A stretch of 64,000 bases of DNA, taken from NCBI GenBank assembly GCA_000708835.1, contig DF237002.1, positions 62,001 through 126,000 of the forward strand, given 5' to 3'. Source of the stretch: Klebsormidium nitens (Eukaryota; Plantae; Klebsormidiophyceae). The translations under genes were made by a program, and so were the position numbers. Below the pieces are notes generated by a model, which was not told the origin of the DNA, did no database searches, and saw only the letters and a list, made by a program, of their open reading frames with translations. Position 1 is the first letter of the stretch; every line of letters begins with the position of its first letter. Below, in pieces: positions 49,087 through 60,833 of the stretch.

Positions 49087-52000
49087 TCACCTTTCGTCCG
49101 CATATCTAGCGGCTCTGCCTGACCGTCCCTTGACAGCTGGCACTACCGGCGTCTTTTCCATCAACTGTGTCACTCCGCCTTCGTCGAGCATATGCTGCGG
49201 CACAGTCAGCCCCTGATACGTCCTCTTTGACACCAGATATTCCGCCCCTGTCTTTGCCGCGCTCTGCTGCCTTCTCTCGCCAGCCAGCGTCAAGGCGCCA
49301 GCCTCCCCTCTTACTTGCAAATCCTTGACACCATTTCCAACCACCGCAAGCGCCGACGATCCCTCTGCTTCCGGTGTCACTTCCTGGACACCCCCCGGTT
49401 CGTACGTACCGCTTATCAACGAGAACCGCGGCTCGTCTTCTTCTGAATCATCCTCTCCATCCCCTTTTCCCTCCGATCCTAACCCGTTTTGTAACCCGTT
49501 TCCCGTCGCTAGACCGCCGTAGTCCAGCCGATACTCCCCCGTCCAAACCCGTTTCTCCACAAACGCCAGCTCCGCCTCAAAGGGCGTAATCACCGGGGAC
49601 AAATACTCTTTACTATCTAAGAGCGCAGTTTGCGGGCAGGCGACCAGCACAAACACCTCGCACTCTGGGAAGTTCGCCAGCTTGGCCGGGTTAGGTTTCC
49701 CCATGACAAACGTGTACGACTTTTTGCCCGCCGCCGCTATGACGTGGCGCAGCCGTTTGATGACGTCACGGAACCCCGCGGAGCTGAGCGTGCCGACTAC
49801 GATGCCCACGATGGCCGCGTTCTTGGCGCGCTCGACTAGATAGTACCTGGCGGAGAGTAGATTTGAAACCTCCTTAGAGGATCGCGGATCAACGAGGGGT
49901 TTAGGAGTCGACGACGAAGAAAAAGGACTTTAAGCACTGTGGAACGCTTTTGTATATTTGTTGGGGCTCTGCCGGTGTGAGAGCAGACAACATTTGAGAA
50001 GGGTCGGTCTGAAAATAAAACAACCGAGACATTTAAAGGCCTTGAGAACAGGTCGGGTAAATGGTGTAAGTGGCAATCGGACATGCACGCCTGTTTCGCG
50101 CAAGTGCGGCTTTCTTTTCAACGAACATGGTCAAGGGAACGCCAAAACAATAAACCATCAGGGTCATAAGCTCACAAATGTAAAACTGCCGCTGACATCA
50201 AGAACCACAGACTTACAAGACTGGCCCAAGATTGTCTTGAAGCTCCGCCGTTTACTTGAAGTGAAGCTTAACAACAGCAGACATTGCAGAAGGACATCGG
50301 ACATTTCGCGCCATGGGAAAGCACAGCCTACGTCCAGCATTGAAAACGATTCTAGAGTTATCAACCCTTCGACAGATGAGAACTTTAGCCCAGCGGAGTG
50401 ATCCGCGCAAAAAGGAGCCGGACGCTCACCTCCGTCTCAAAAACCGGCTGTTGTCCGACACGTCCGTCAGAAGCTTCCTCGTATCCGGGTCATATCGCGC
50501 CACCTGGCACCCATTGTGCGTCAGCATGACGTCAGTCAGCGCGGGACCCTCGCTCCCGACCCACACGATCTCAAAGTCCGACATCCGTTCGGTTCCGTAC
50601 AAGTGCCACGTCAGCCCGCCCGACCGGAACTCCTGCTCCGCTCCGCTGCTCTCCGCTTGCGTCGAGAATCGGACCCGCTCTGCCTTTGCATCACCCTCAG
50701 AAACGGAGTCGTTCTCACCCCCGAGTGCGCCTTCGTTAAACTCTGGTTCATCTTTCCCGCCCGTAGTACGTGTTCGTGTTGCTTCGTCCGACTGACCGGT
50801 TTCCGTACCCCTACTTTGGCTGGGAACGGAGGCCTTGTCTGCACCTCCCCGGTCTCCTCCGCTAGGCGACTGCGCCCCACTCGACGCCCCACCCTGCGCC
50901 TCACAGGGCCCCGAACCGGACGCCGGCTCGAGTTCGACGGGCGGCAGGTCCGCGAAGCGGATGTCCGCGAGTCCCGAGCGTTCCAGCGCTGCCCTTAGCG
51001 GGGGGATGGCGTGGGCGTACTCTAAACCGAACAGGACCTGCGAAAACAGCATCAGAAATGCATGTGGAATTGATTGGTCCGTTTCTTGCAGATTCTTTTA
51101 CCGGAGTCACCTCGCTCTGATTGTAGGCGGCATCCAACAAATTTCAAACCGTCAATCCCCCAACTGCGCGATCGGACGACTGTTTTCTTCTGAAGGGCAA
51201 CGTCCAATCCAAGGGGCGGCCGAATCTAACAGAAATGGAGGAAGAATCATGACCGCCTGCGGCGGATTCAGAGTTCGAAAACTGCCGCTTAGCCTGACAA
51301 ATCTGTCCACCATAGACGTCCACAACGGTGCAGAGATTGCGAGCCCTCATTCCCCAAAGTTTGTACAAACAAAATCTTCAAAGTCGGACAGTCATGACCA
51401 GTGTTGATAAACACAACCAACTGAGACTGTGACCAGCTTGACTTGGCTGCATTTACCAGGATCTCGCTTCGTCAAGCTTCAGGGAGCGAGGCCAAAGAAG
51501 CTGTAGGACGTGAAGAAGAAGAAAGAGGGAACGCTATGAAGTGAAACGAAGGGCCCGACCTGGAAGAAGGTTCCAATCTCCGGTTCGTACGTGGACAGCT
51601 TTGATGTTTGAGAAGAGGCCTCACCAGCAACGGCTTGCCGGTTTTTTCCGCCAGGCTGCGCAAGTGGGCGCTACAGTCGTCGACGTCTATCGGAGCAGCG
51701 CCAAAGACAAACCGGACAGGTAGCCGAGACGTGCTGCAAAAGCGAAATTTTGCTTATCAAATGCATGCGTGGGATTCCAAATGTTTTGGAGTCCAATGGT
51801 GAGAGCCTCCTCCTCTTCCCTTTAGATAGGCAGTCAGAGAAGAGAAAAGGAGCTTGAGGTAGAGCAAGCTGCGAAGTTGGAGGGGGTGAAAAGCCGGCCA
51901 CAAATCTACAAACAAAGGCATGACCAAGACAAGACGAGCTCCGGTGATGATTGCGAATGCAGAATTTCAGAAGAACCAGAAATGTTGATTTGGGACAGAA

Positions 52001-53406
52001 AGGGAGAGAAAAGCCTTTTCTTCGTCTTTAGCAAAATGACCGTAGTTAAGTCCTTCAATTGGTCCAGGTAATTCTCAGCCTCCCCAACAAACATGCGCAA
52101 GCTCGAAATAAACTCCTGGGCTGACGCATGTGAGTGTCACTGTACAGGCAGACTCTTCACAAGACCAAGGGGGACAACGTATGGGCCTGTGGGGATAGCT
52201 TACGGGCTGAGGCATGCGCGTCCGAAGTGTACAACACATTGCGCGTCCGCATGAGCGGCCGCCACCTCATCCACGCAGCAGCTGCCGTAAGTTGTATCCG
52301 CCAGCACAAACACTCTGACAGGGCCTTTTGACTCAGTGACTATTTTATTCTGCTCGGCCCCGTTCTGAGTGGGGCCTTGTTCAGAGTGACTTGGTGCATG
52401 ATCAGAAGGAGTGGAATCTTGGTTAAGTGGGGGTTTGGGGGGTGCAGGCGTGCTTTGTTGGGTTGATGCGGGGTTAAGAGCTGGGTTTGGTGGTGGTTGT
52501 GAGGGGGGGTTTGTGTAGTTTGCGGGAGGGGTGAAAGGTCGATTTGACGTGGTTGGCGAATTGCATGCTGATGTGATAGCGGCGGCGACGTCTGGGGAAG
52601 CGGCGAGAAGCTCGTCCGGAAACTGCAGCGCACAGGAGCGGGAGTCATGCCTCTGATGACCACTTATCTAAGTAGTGTAGGCATATTGTCTTGAAAGTTT
52701 AAGAAGGTTGGGTCAAAGACCTAGCCATATCTTTGAGGCTTGTGCAAAGACATCAGCTCTGAAGTGGTAAGCAGCAGAGTATTCGGGCAATTCAGACGCT
52801 GGCTGACCGAAGATGGCTATATTCCCAAAATTGATGCCCCAGCCACCATAAACAATGGGGCCAATCTCAAGGAATTCCCTTTTGCAAACCGTAAAAAGTC
52901 TTTTGAACCCAGCTGCTGAGAAAAACATGAAAAAATCAAAGGTTTGTCAGGAAGAGCATGGTATTCTATGGGGTGGTGGTAACACCGCAAGGTTGTATCG
53001 GGGAATGATGTGTACTTGTTGAAAGCATTCAGACTGGTGTGACAGGGTGTGTGACACTGCAGCATTGCAAGTCTGGCTAGACGTCGCCTAAATACCACCA
53101 ACTTCATGCCAAAGAAGGACGCCTCGACTTGGAACTTCAAGTTCGCGTCACCATTGCAATCTTCTACATCGGCCAAAGTGCAATTGTTACTGTCTCTGCA
53201 AAAGTGGAATACGGCGTGCATTGTCAATACAATCCCATTCAAAGTCTTTGAAAATTCACAACAGCTTGGACTTCATGGTTGGAAATTTATTTCTGTACCT
53301 GCAGCGCCACCCTTGAGAAACCCCGCCGTAGGATGAACGATGCTATCTCGAGGAGCTCAGCCTGGGGCACCCACCACTCAGCGCTGTGAAGCCCTGCCTG
53401 CGCCAT
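49087..53406 (-). CDS. DPH2: Diphthamide biosynthesis protein 2; exons about 53406-53299, 52622-52205, 51730-51620, 51042-50430, 49846-49087
   Basis: RVALQ|[111 protein letters not shown] and terminal [13 protein letters not shown] are DPH2-type motifs. Confidence 0.92.
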
Positions 53407-53704
53407 AGCGGCTGGACAAGAATTAGAATGCTGTGCTCAGCAGCCGAGCTAGGCAGACATGTCCTCGATTAGGCGCTAACCCGAACTGGGTGCTTACTGT
53501 GCTTACTGTAACTAGAACGAAAAGGGTGAACTTTATCGTTACCTCTTCGTCATCATCGTTCCCACCCTACCCGGCGTCATGGCGTACTAACTCGTGACTG
53601 ACTCATAGGTCAATCAATCAATCAATTTATTTTGTAGTCCCGTAGGAGCCATGGGTGGCTCATGAGACAAGGTCTGAATGTAGTCTCGAGTCCTAGGTTG
53701 TTCG

Positions 53705-53975
53705 CACTAGGGCAAATTTGTTGACGGCGTCGATTATTTTCCGTTAAAACTTCGGAAGGTCCGTCGACGGAGCATCGACGGCGTCGACGGAAAGATTGGT
53801 AGGTCCCAACTCCCCGTCGACGGAGCAGTGTCCGTTAACGGACTCCGTCGCTTGTGAAAGCCCGCGGTCCCGAGCAAATTTTTGACAGACCGTCGACGGT
53901 CCGCCGACGGAAATATGACACTGCGAACAACCCAGTGTTTCCATCGAATTTTAGGAAGTCCGTCGACGGAGTAGT
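53705..53975. repeat. Cluster of palindromic CCGTCGACGG-type repeats behind a CACTAG terminus; possible CACTA transposon end
   Basis: ccgtcgacgg or near-variants at about 53761, 53781, 53814, 53831, 53890, 53901 and 53961; CACTAG at 53705. No matching second terminus with a target-site duplication was found. Confidence 0.5.
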
Positions 53976-54491
53976 CCGCACCTGCAGAGCCTGCAGATCC
54001 TCGTTGGTTGAAGGGCACATTGTCAATATCATATGAGGCGCCTTATCCAGGACTTGCGACAAGTTGCTGATTCAACTAGCTTGCTTCCATCGAGGGGGCC
54101 CAACTCCGGATGAAGCCTTGTGAAGAAGATTGAGAATCTGACAGAGGAAGGAGGTGATTTGAATGAGAAGGATTCCCAGAACACCAAATTATTTGACTAT
54201 AGCAGAAGAGCTGAAGCAATCTGGTGGCAGCCTTTAGCTAGCAGCCTCTGACGAGAGTTTCAACTAGCAAGAAGAGTGGCTCAAATTGTGCCCAGTACAA
54301 GCACCTAGACGTCTTGGACTCGCTGGAGGTGCTGTGTGGATACGGCACAACAGTTTCCTGCTCCTCGTAAGACCGCATTGCAAGTCCTTCGGATCTAGTG
54401 CTCTGAGTTGATCGGCTAAAGTGGCTTTTTATACCCACTCCAAGCTTCAAAGCTCTACGTAGTGTAACCCCGTGGCAATCCCCTTCGCATC

Positions 54492-57400
54492 ATGGTACGC
54501 CTAGGGAGCCCAGCCTTGCAAAGTCCACACCGCCAAGTCCTTCTTCTGCTGGGACTCCTTCTGTCAAGTTCCCTCCTCGTTTCGGGTCAGGTCGCCCTCC
54601 CCCCCCTCTCTCCAGCCCCAGCCCCTCAGGCTACCATCGCCACCAGTGTTCTTCCCAACGTTTCAGCTCTGAACGAATCCGCAAATGCGGCCATTCTAGC
54701 AACTCTCAACATTCTCCGGTCGGCGCCCCAACCGGCCCCCCCTGCGAGCAACCTACCCAACATTTCAGCCCTGAACGAATCAGCGAATGCGGCCATTCTA
54801 GCCACTCTCAACAGCATTCGCTCGGCGCCCCAGCCGGCCCCCCCTTCGAGCGACCTGCCGAACGCTTCTGCCTTGAATGCATCGGCGACTGCGGCCATTC
54901 TGGCCACTTTGACCGGAGTTCGCGGTGCGCCAGCGCCGGCGCCGTCGCAGACAAATGTCAGCAGTCTGACATTGCAGCAAATCTTGAACCAGCTGAACCA
55001 GAGGGTACCGGTGAGCTTCTTGTGGATCGTTCCCTGGTGCCGTTGAGAACTTGGAGGTTTCTGCAGGTTATGGAGTTCGGAGGCTCCCGATGCAGCCCAG
55101 ATCATCAGCATTTTGTCTTTTGGGAATTCAGATTTGCCCGATGTCGTTTGGGGGCTGGAGTTATTTCAAACCGTGTTCGCTGATGATATCTCGGGGGTTG
55201 GAGTCTACTAGAATTGTGTTCGTTGAGAGAATCTTCTGCTGACCCACTCAGGACTCCCCTTGGGCCCGTCACGAAACTTAGTTGAGGATTCTTGGGTGGG
55301 GCAGTGCACTAGACATTGTCTTGCACTTCATCACTCGGATCTACGAATTGGTTTTTTCCTTTGGCGCTTGAAATGAGAGATGGGCGCAGATCGTATGTGC
55401 GCAGATCACTGGTCCCGCCAGCGAACTGTAAACTTTCTGCATCCATCATCTGTTCAAACGTACCCAATGCTGGAGAATGGTCTTAAAGATAAGTCCATTT
55501 TGCGATTCCCACGAACCATCCCTTCCTCAATCTGGGCTTGCCCCATGCTTCAAGATCAGCACGTTCAAGAACGGTCACTCTTCGTCTCCTGCGCTCGCTC
55601 ATGAGCTTTATTTTTGCGCAGCCACGTATACTCTCGCCTTAGTCACAGTCCCACAAGGACGAGTTTGCTGTTTTTCTTTCATGGTTCCAAACTGGAAGTA
55701 TAGGATGCAGACCCAGCGTAGATACTTCATTCCAAGAAAACAATATATAAAGTTCTAAACTTCAACTTGAACTTGACCATGAATCTGTTTTTTAAAGAAA
55801 GAATGAACCCTCCGTGACAAACCAAACATTCATAAGATTTTTCAGACCTTGTCATTCATCGGTATTTCTTCTTTGACTCAGCACGCTTGCAGACTAACCA
55901 AATTTTTCACCAGCCAATCAGCTGTCAGATTACCCAAACCCTCCCTCCGTGCAAATTACTCTGGGCCTGGGCGGGATTTGTGTGCCTTCGAATGAAGTTT
56001 CAAAATGGTGCCAAAAAAGCATCCTAAGATGTCAACCAGTATTTGACTTTCTAAGCTTAACACGCAAGCAAACTCATTTGTGCAGGCCGGTCTGGGCGTC
56101 GGCAGACTAGTGCGCCTTTGGATATAAGTTTCGAAGTTTTTCATGGTAACCTTTTAAACACCATTCCAACCACGATTTTACCACTACGCTTCATACTCGA
56201 GCAAACTCATTGTTTGGGCAGGCCACTCTGCGCCTTTGAAAAACTTTTATGAGGTTTTTGAAAAATTTAGCACCGTAAAATCTGTTCAACCAGATTTTCA
56301 CTCAGTAAGCTTTACACTGAAGCAAACTTATCACCTATGCAGGCCACCTTGGGTCTTGGCGCGCTCGGCGTGACCTACGGCGGCCAACAGGCGCAGCCGC
56401 TGCCCTTCTCTCAAGTGGTCACACTGCTGCTGCGCAACAACATCACCGCCATTCGCTTTCTGGACCCCCCCAACGCGGAGTATCTGGACGCGCTTTCAAA
56501 CACAGGCATTCAGGTGCGGGCTTTTGCAATGTCTGCGTGCAGATGGGCATGCAGATGTGGCGCTGGAAACAGCCTCATCTTGGTTTGATGCATAATCTGT
56601 TGTGGTTGCTCGTAGTCCTGACTTTCTTTGCATGGAAAGGTCGGAGACTGAAGCGGACACTAGGTACCCGTGTGGCTTTGTGTCGGATGCTCAATGGTTA
56701 AAAAGCGCAAAGCTGCTTTCCCCGCTGTTTTCGGGACTGACACTCTGCAGTTAAGCAAGTGCCGACGATCAACAACAGTTCACGATGTTGAAGAATGATT
56801 TCTACTGGAGAGCAGGTGTCAATTATGGTGCCCAACAATTACATTGTGTACCTGAGCACCAATCCTGACGCGGCCAGGAGTTGGGTTAACACCTGGGTTG
56901 GGAAGTACATCGGGCGGGTTCAGTTCAAGTGAGTTTGGTTAACCCGTCGTCCAAAATCCTGGGTGCTTGGAAAGTCCCTGATCCAATCCCCTGGAGCTTT
57001 GAATAGGACAAGCTGTTACCGTCATGCATGTCAGCTTCAGCATCTATTTCTGAGACATTTTCTGAAGATGCAATTGTGTCAATCCTTCACGTCCCTGCGT
57101 AAGCCTCCAGTCTCTGCTCCTAGAATAGCGGTTCCAAGGTTCACCTCTGTGGGCGTTCACATCCAGCAGTTATGATCGTTCAGATCAGGTGTGAATACTC
57201 CCTTGCGCAGGTACGTGGTGGTCGGTGACACCCCGCTCCGCTTGGTCTACAATTGCTACTACTGCGCCGCGCTGCCTCTGACCGTCGCCAGCATTCAGGC
57301 TGCAATCCTGGAACTGGGCCTTACGACGCAAGTGAGACTCTTCTTTCCTGGTCCCCCGACGTTTCCTGTATCTCAGATATTTTTCTTCACTCGCTTGTAC

Positions 57401-60400
57401 CTCCACTGATTCTGCTCTGCACCTCACTGCGCAAATGGCTCTTGAATCAAGCAAATAATACAGCTCTAACCCCCTAGCCAGGCTCAACAGTTAACGAGTC
57501 AGCTCCTAACCCCGATTTTGATTTTTGGTTTCAGGTCAGCGTCCCACTTGCGGCCAACGACGTTTTGGATTTTGCTGCCGGCGCATGGCCCCCCAACACG
57601 GCGGCATTCAATCCAGTCATTGGGCCCACGCTACTGCTAATACTGAAAACGGCGTTCGAGGCGAACGCCAATCTTTTGGTCGAGTTGGATCCGTATGCGA
57701 TCATTCAAGCGAACACGACCATTCCGTTAAACATGGCTTTGGGAACAGGTGGGTTGTCGGGTTGGTTATCGTTAACCCCTTTATGTTTGTTCCTCAATCC
57801 TGGATGTCGTTGCTGTGGTTCGCTTTGTTTGCCGTTTTCAACCTCTTCGCTGATGTGGCACGTGCTGTTATTCTTGGCGTCGTTGAGTTTCGCTTGTTCG
57901 TGTAGCAATTCTGGAACGTCAAACGCGTATTTGTCAGTTGTGGGAGTCCATGGCTCGATTGCAAGGCCCGTTCTGACAAGTGAATCCAGCACTCTTTGTG
58001 CTAATTTGCAAGTTTCTTCAGTGTCTTCATAGTCAAAGTCGAAAGCGGTTTGTGTTGCTGCAGCGCAAATGGGCGATCCCGGCACGTTCCAGCTAATCAC
58101 GGGGCAGAACTACACCAACATCTACGACATCTACCTGGACGCCATCGCTTATGCTGCTACCGCGGTAAGCTATCACGCTCAAGTCTTACGGATCGCTATA
58201 CAAGCGGGCAGCTCTCGTCAGAGATGCGCAAAGACGGGGGCTACTGCCGCAGCTACGCCGCATTGAACTGAAGCGCTCGAGATGAGAGGCCGACGCAGCC
58301 GTCTGATATCCGGACTCATGACGTCAGCAGTGTTACACGGTGGCGTAAGCATCTTTGCGGATGGGACTGTTGACGACGTGTACACTCAAGACGTGGAGAG
58401 TATGCACAAAGCCTTGTCAAGAACGGCTGGTGGGAAGGAGGTTGGTATGGTGGATATGCTGGATGCGGCAAAAGAGTATTCTGCGGACCAGCTGGCGAGT
58501 ATGGATCTAGGGTTTTTGGGGCACGAGGTGGTGTACCGGCCTAAAGAGGACTATGCAAGGCGCCTCGGAGTGGACTCTAGACTTGCAAGGGAGTGGGAGG
58601 GGAGGATAGGACAGGACGAGAGAGGGACGGTAGATGATAGGGGAATTGGTTTGAAGAGCAAGAGAAAGCGGGAACGAAAAGGACAGAAGGACAGGTTACG
58701 AGAATGCGAGAGGACAGACAAGACCGAAGGGGGGACAGAACAATGGCAATTAGTCATAAAAACACGTTTGTGGCAAAGATGGAGATCCGCATGGGACAAA
58801 AACTTTCAACAAACATCAGCCGAAACTTTGTTTCCGCTTGTCCCTGCGGCTCCGCTTCCAGACTTGAACGTCACGGTCGGCTCCACGGGCTAACCCACGT
58901 TGAAAGAGGGAAAATCTAACCAACTATTGGACACCGACAAAGTTCCGTTTCCGCTGGTATCTGCAGTTCCGGTTCCCAACGCTGAACATCACGGTCGCCT
59001 CCACGGGGTGGCCCACCGACGGCGGCGGAAACGCGACGCTGGCCAACGCGCAGACGTACGTGAACTACGTCATCCAGCGCGCGCTGTCCAACGGCGGGAC
59101 GCCCTACCGGCAGAGCCGGGTGAGGAACAGCCGGAAACGAGATGACCAAGCTGCTGAACAAAAAAAGTTCTTGACGTTGTGAGCGTTGAGAGTACGAAAG
59201 CGGTGGGGAATCCTGGTCTATGTTGAGTGCATGAATGGTTTCGGGTCAGTGCGTGAGGAGATGAGACTAGGCGTGGTCTTGAGATTTGTCCGATTGAGAC
59301 TGGTGAGTAAGAAAGGACGGCGGCCTTTTCCCCCACAATGCGGCTTCAATTTCTATTCAAGGAAGGATTACGGAAAAGGGGTTTGCGACTTGCGATCGGC
59401 GGTCTCGGCGCATTGATGGGGAAGTGGAGGGCTTGATCGTCGATCCACTTCCTAAGAAGCCGACTGTTGCGACGTGGTATTGAAACGCCGTCAAAGGGTC
59501 GTGAAGCCCACTCACATGAGTGCGATCCAAGCTTCAATTCTGCCCCAAGGGATCGGATTGCCCTTCATTGCCCCTTCCTCACGATAAACCTGAACTGGAC
59601 GAGCTCGATTCAAAATCATCTCGCACACATTTCTCCTCGACCATTGCATAGACTGGCCCTTCCTCCTCGAACGTTTCCAGGTGACGGAATTATACTTGAA
59701 CGAGATCATCGACCAGGACCTGATCGAGCTGACGGACGTGCCCTTCCCCAACGGCTGGCAGCGCCACCGGGGCCTATTCACACCACAGGGCGCGCCCAAG
59801 TTTGCGGCGAATCTGAGGGGGACGAATGCGCCGCCGCGGCCGATGAACGGGCTCCAGGATCTGATACGACTGCCTACCAGGTCGGTTCATCTGTTCGGTT
59901 GGTCAGCCGGTTTGGTTAGTTGTCCACCCACATCTCGGATGATTCCCTTCACTTATTGTCACCCGTCTCCGCACCCCGTTTGTACGCATTGATCAGGTGA
60001 GCTGGACTGTAGTGTGGTCGCGCGAATCTATCTGCCAAGTCCGGGAAGAATTTTGGCAGAACGTCAAGAGTCCGTTTTCCAGCACGGCGTTCTAATTTAA
60101 GAATGGCGAGCTTCGTACACGTCCTCTGAGTGCACTCCAAATGAAAGGGCTGTCGCTCGTAGGCGAAGGGCTGCTTTTCGTCTGTGGGTTTCAATCGTGC
60201 AAGCCATGAGTGCGCCCGCTTTTTCCGAAGGCCACGGTTTGAAGGTGACTCACTGTCCAGCTGTGTCGCGAATAGATGGCCCACTATCGCCCATAAAGGT
60301 CACATGCAGACTGATTCCTAAGCCTGAGTACGCCAACAAAAATGACTGCACATTTGCGAGCTGCAAACCTCTGTCTATATCCACCAGCGGCCGGGGTCGT

Positions 60401-60833
60401 AGCCATTTCGCAGGAGTCTGATCCCGCCCTTTCTTCCCCCAGGTTCTGCGTCGCCAAGCCCGGTGTTCCCGACACCGCCCTCCTGCTTCAGCAGATTCAG
60501 GCCTGCTCCGGCGGCGCCGACTGCACGCCGTTCGCAAACGGGGGCTCGTGTTTCCTGCCCGACACGGTCGCAGCGCACACGTCGTACGCGTTTAATGATT
60601 ACTACCAGAAGCACGCGCAGTGGAGCCCCGCTTGCGACTTTGGTGGGACCGCACAGCTAGTTACAGAAGACCCCTCGTACGGTAATTGCTCGTTCACTGG
60701 CGGGGTGGGTCTCCCGGGATACGGGGTTCCGGGAACGGTTAGGAGTGCGGGCGGCGAGGGGCGAGTCGGTTTTGCATTGAGGGTTGCGGTTACGTGCTTG
60801 CTTTCAGCGCTTTTAGGTCACGGGTTAGTGTAG
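54492..60833 (+). CDS. GH17 beta-1,3-glucanase-like protein with signal peptide, N-terminal repeats, X8 (CBM43) domain and GPI-like tail; catalytic glutamates absent; exons 54492-55010, 56343-56513, 56816-56928, 57211-57331, 57535-57748, 58064-58164, 58967-59119, 59681-59880, 60443-60833
   Basis: GH17 landmarks LGVTYG, LSNTGIQV, WV...V, KYVVVG, WPPNTAAF, YTNIYDIYLDAI, TGWPTDG, QRHRGLFTPQGAPKF. X8: FCVAKPGVPD...ACSGGADCTPFANGGSCFLPDTVAAHTSYAFNDYYQKH...CDFGGTAQLVTEDPSYGNCSF. Hydrophobic C-terminus; all nine exon phases join without a stop. Confidence 0.92.
54651..54965 (+). repeat. Three tandem 102-bp (34-aa) coding repeats in GH17 exon 1
   Basis: LPNVSALNESANAAILATLNILRSAPQPAPPASN / LPNISALNESANAAILATLNSIRSAPQPAPPSSD / LPNASALNASATAAILATLTGVRGAPAPAPSQT. 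Confidence 0.95.

Noticed and set aside
53705-54400. Full CACTA element from CACTAG (53705) to CTAGTG (about 54395) with an ankyrin-like captured fragment (GGDLNEKDSQNTKL)
   Set aside because: Only a 6-bp terminal match, no 3-bp TSD, and the ankyrin similarity is too short.
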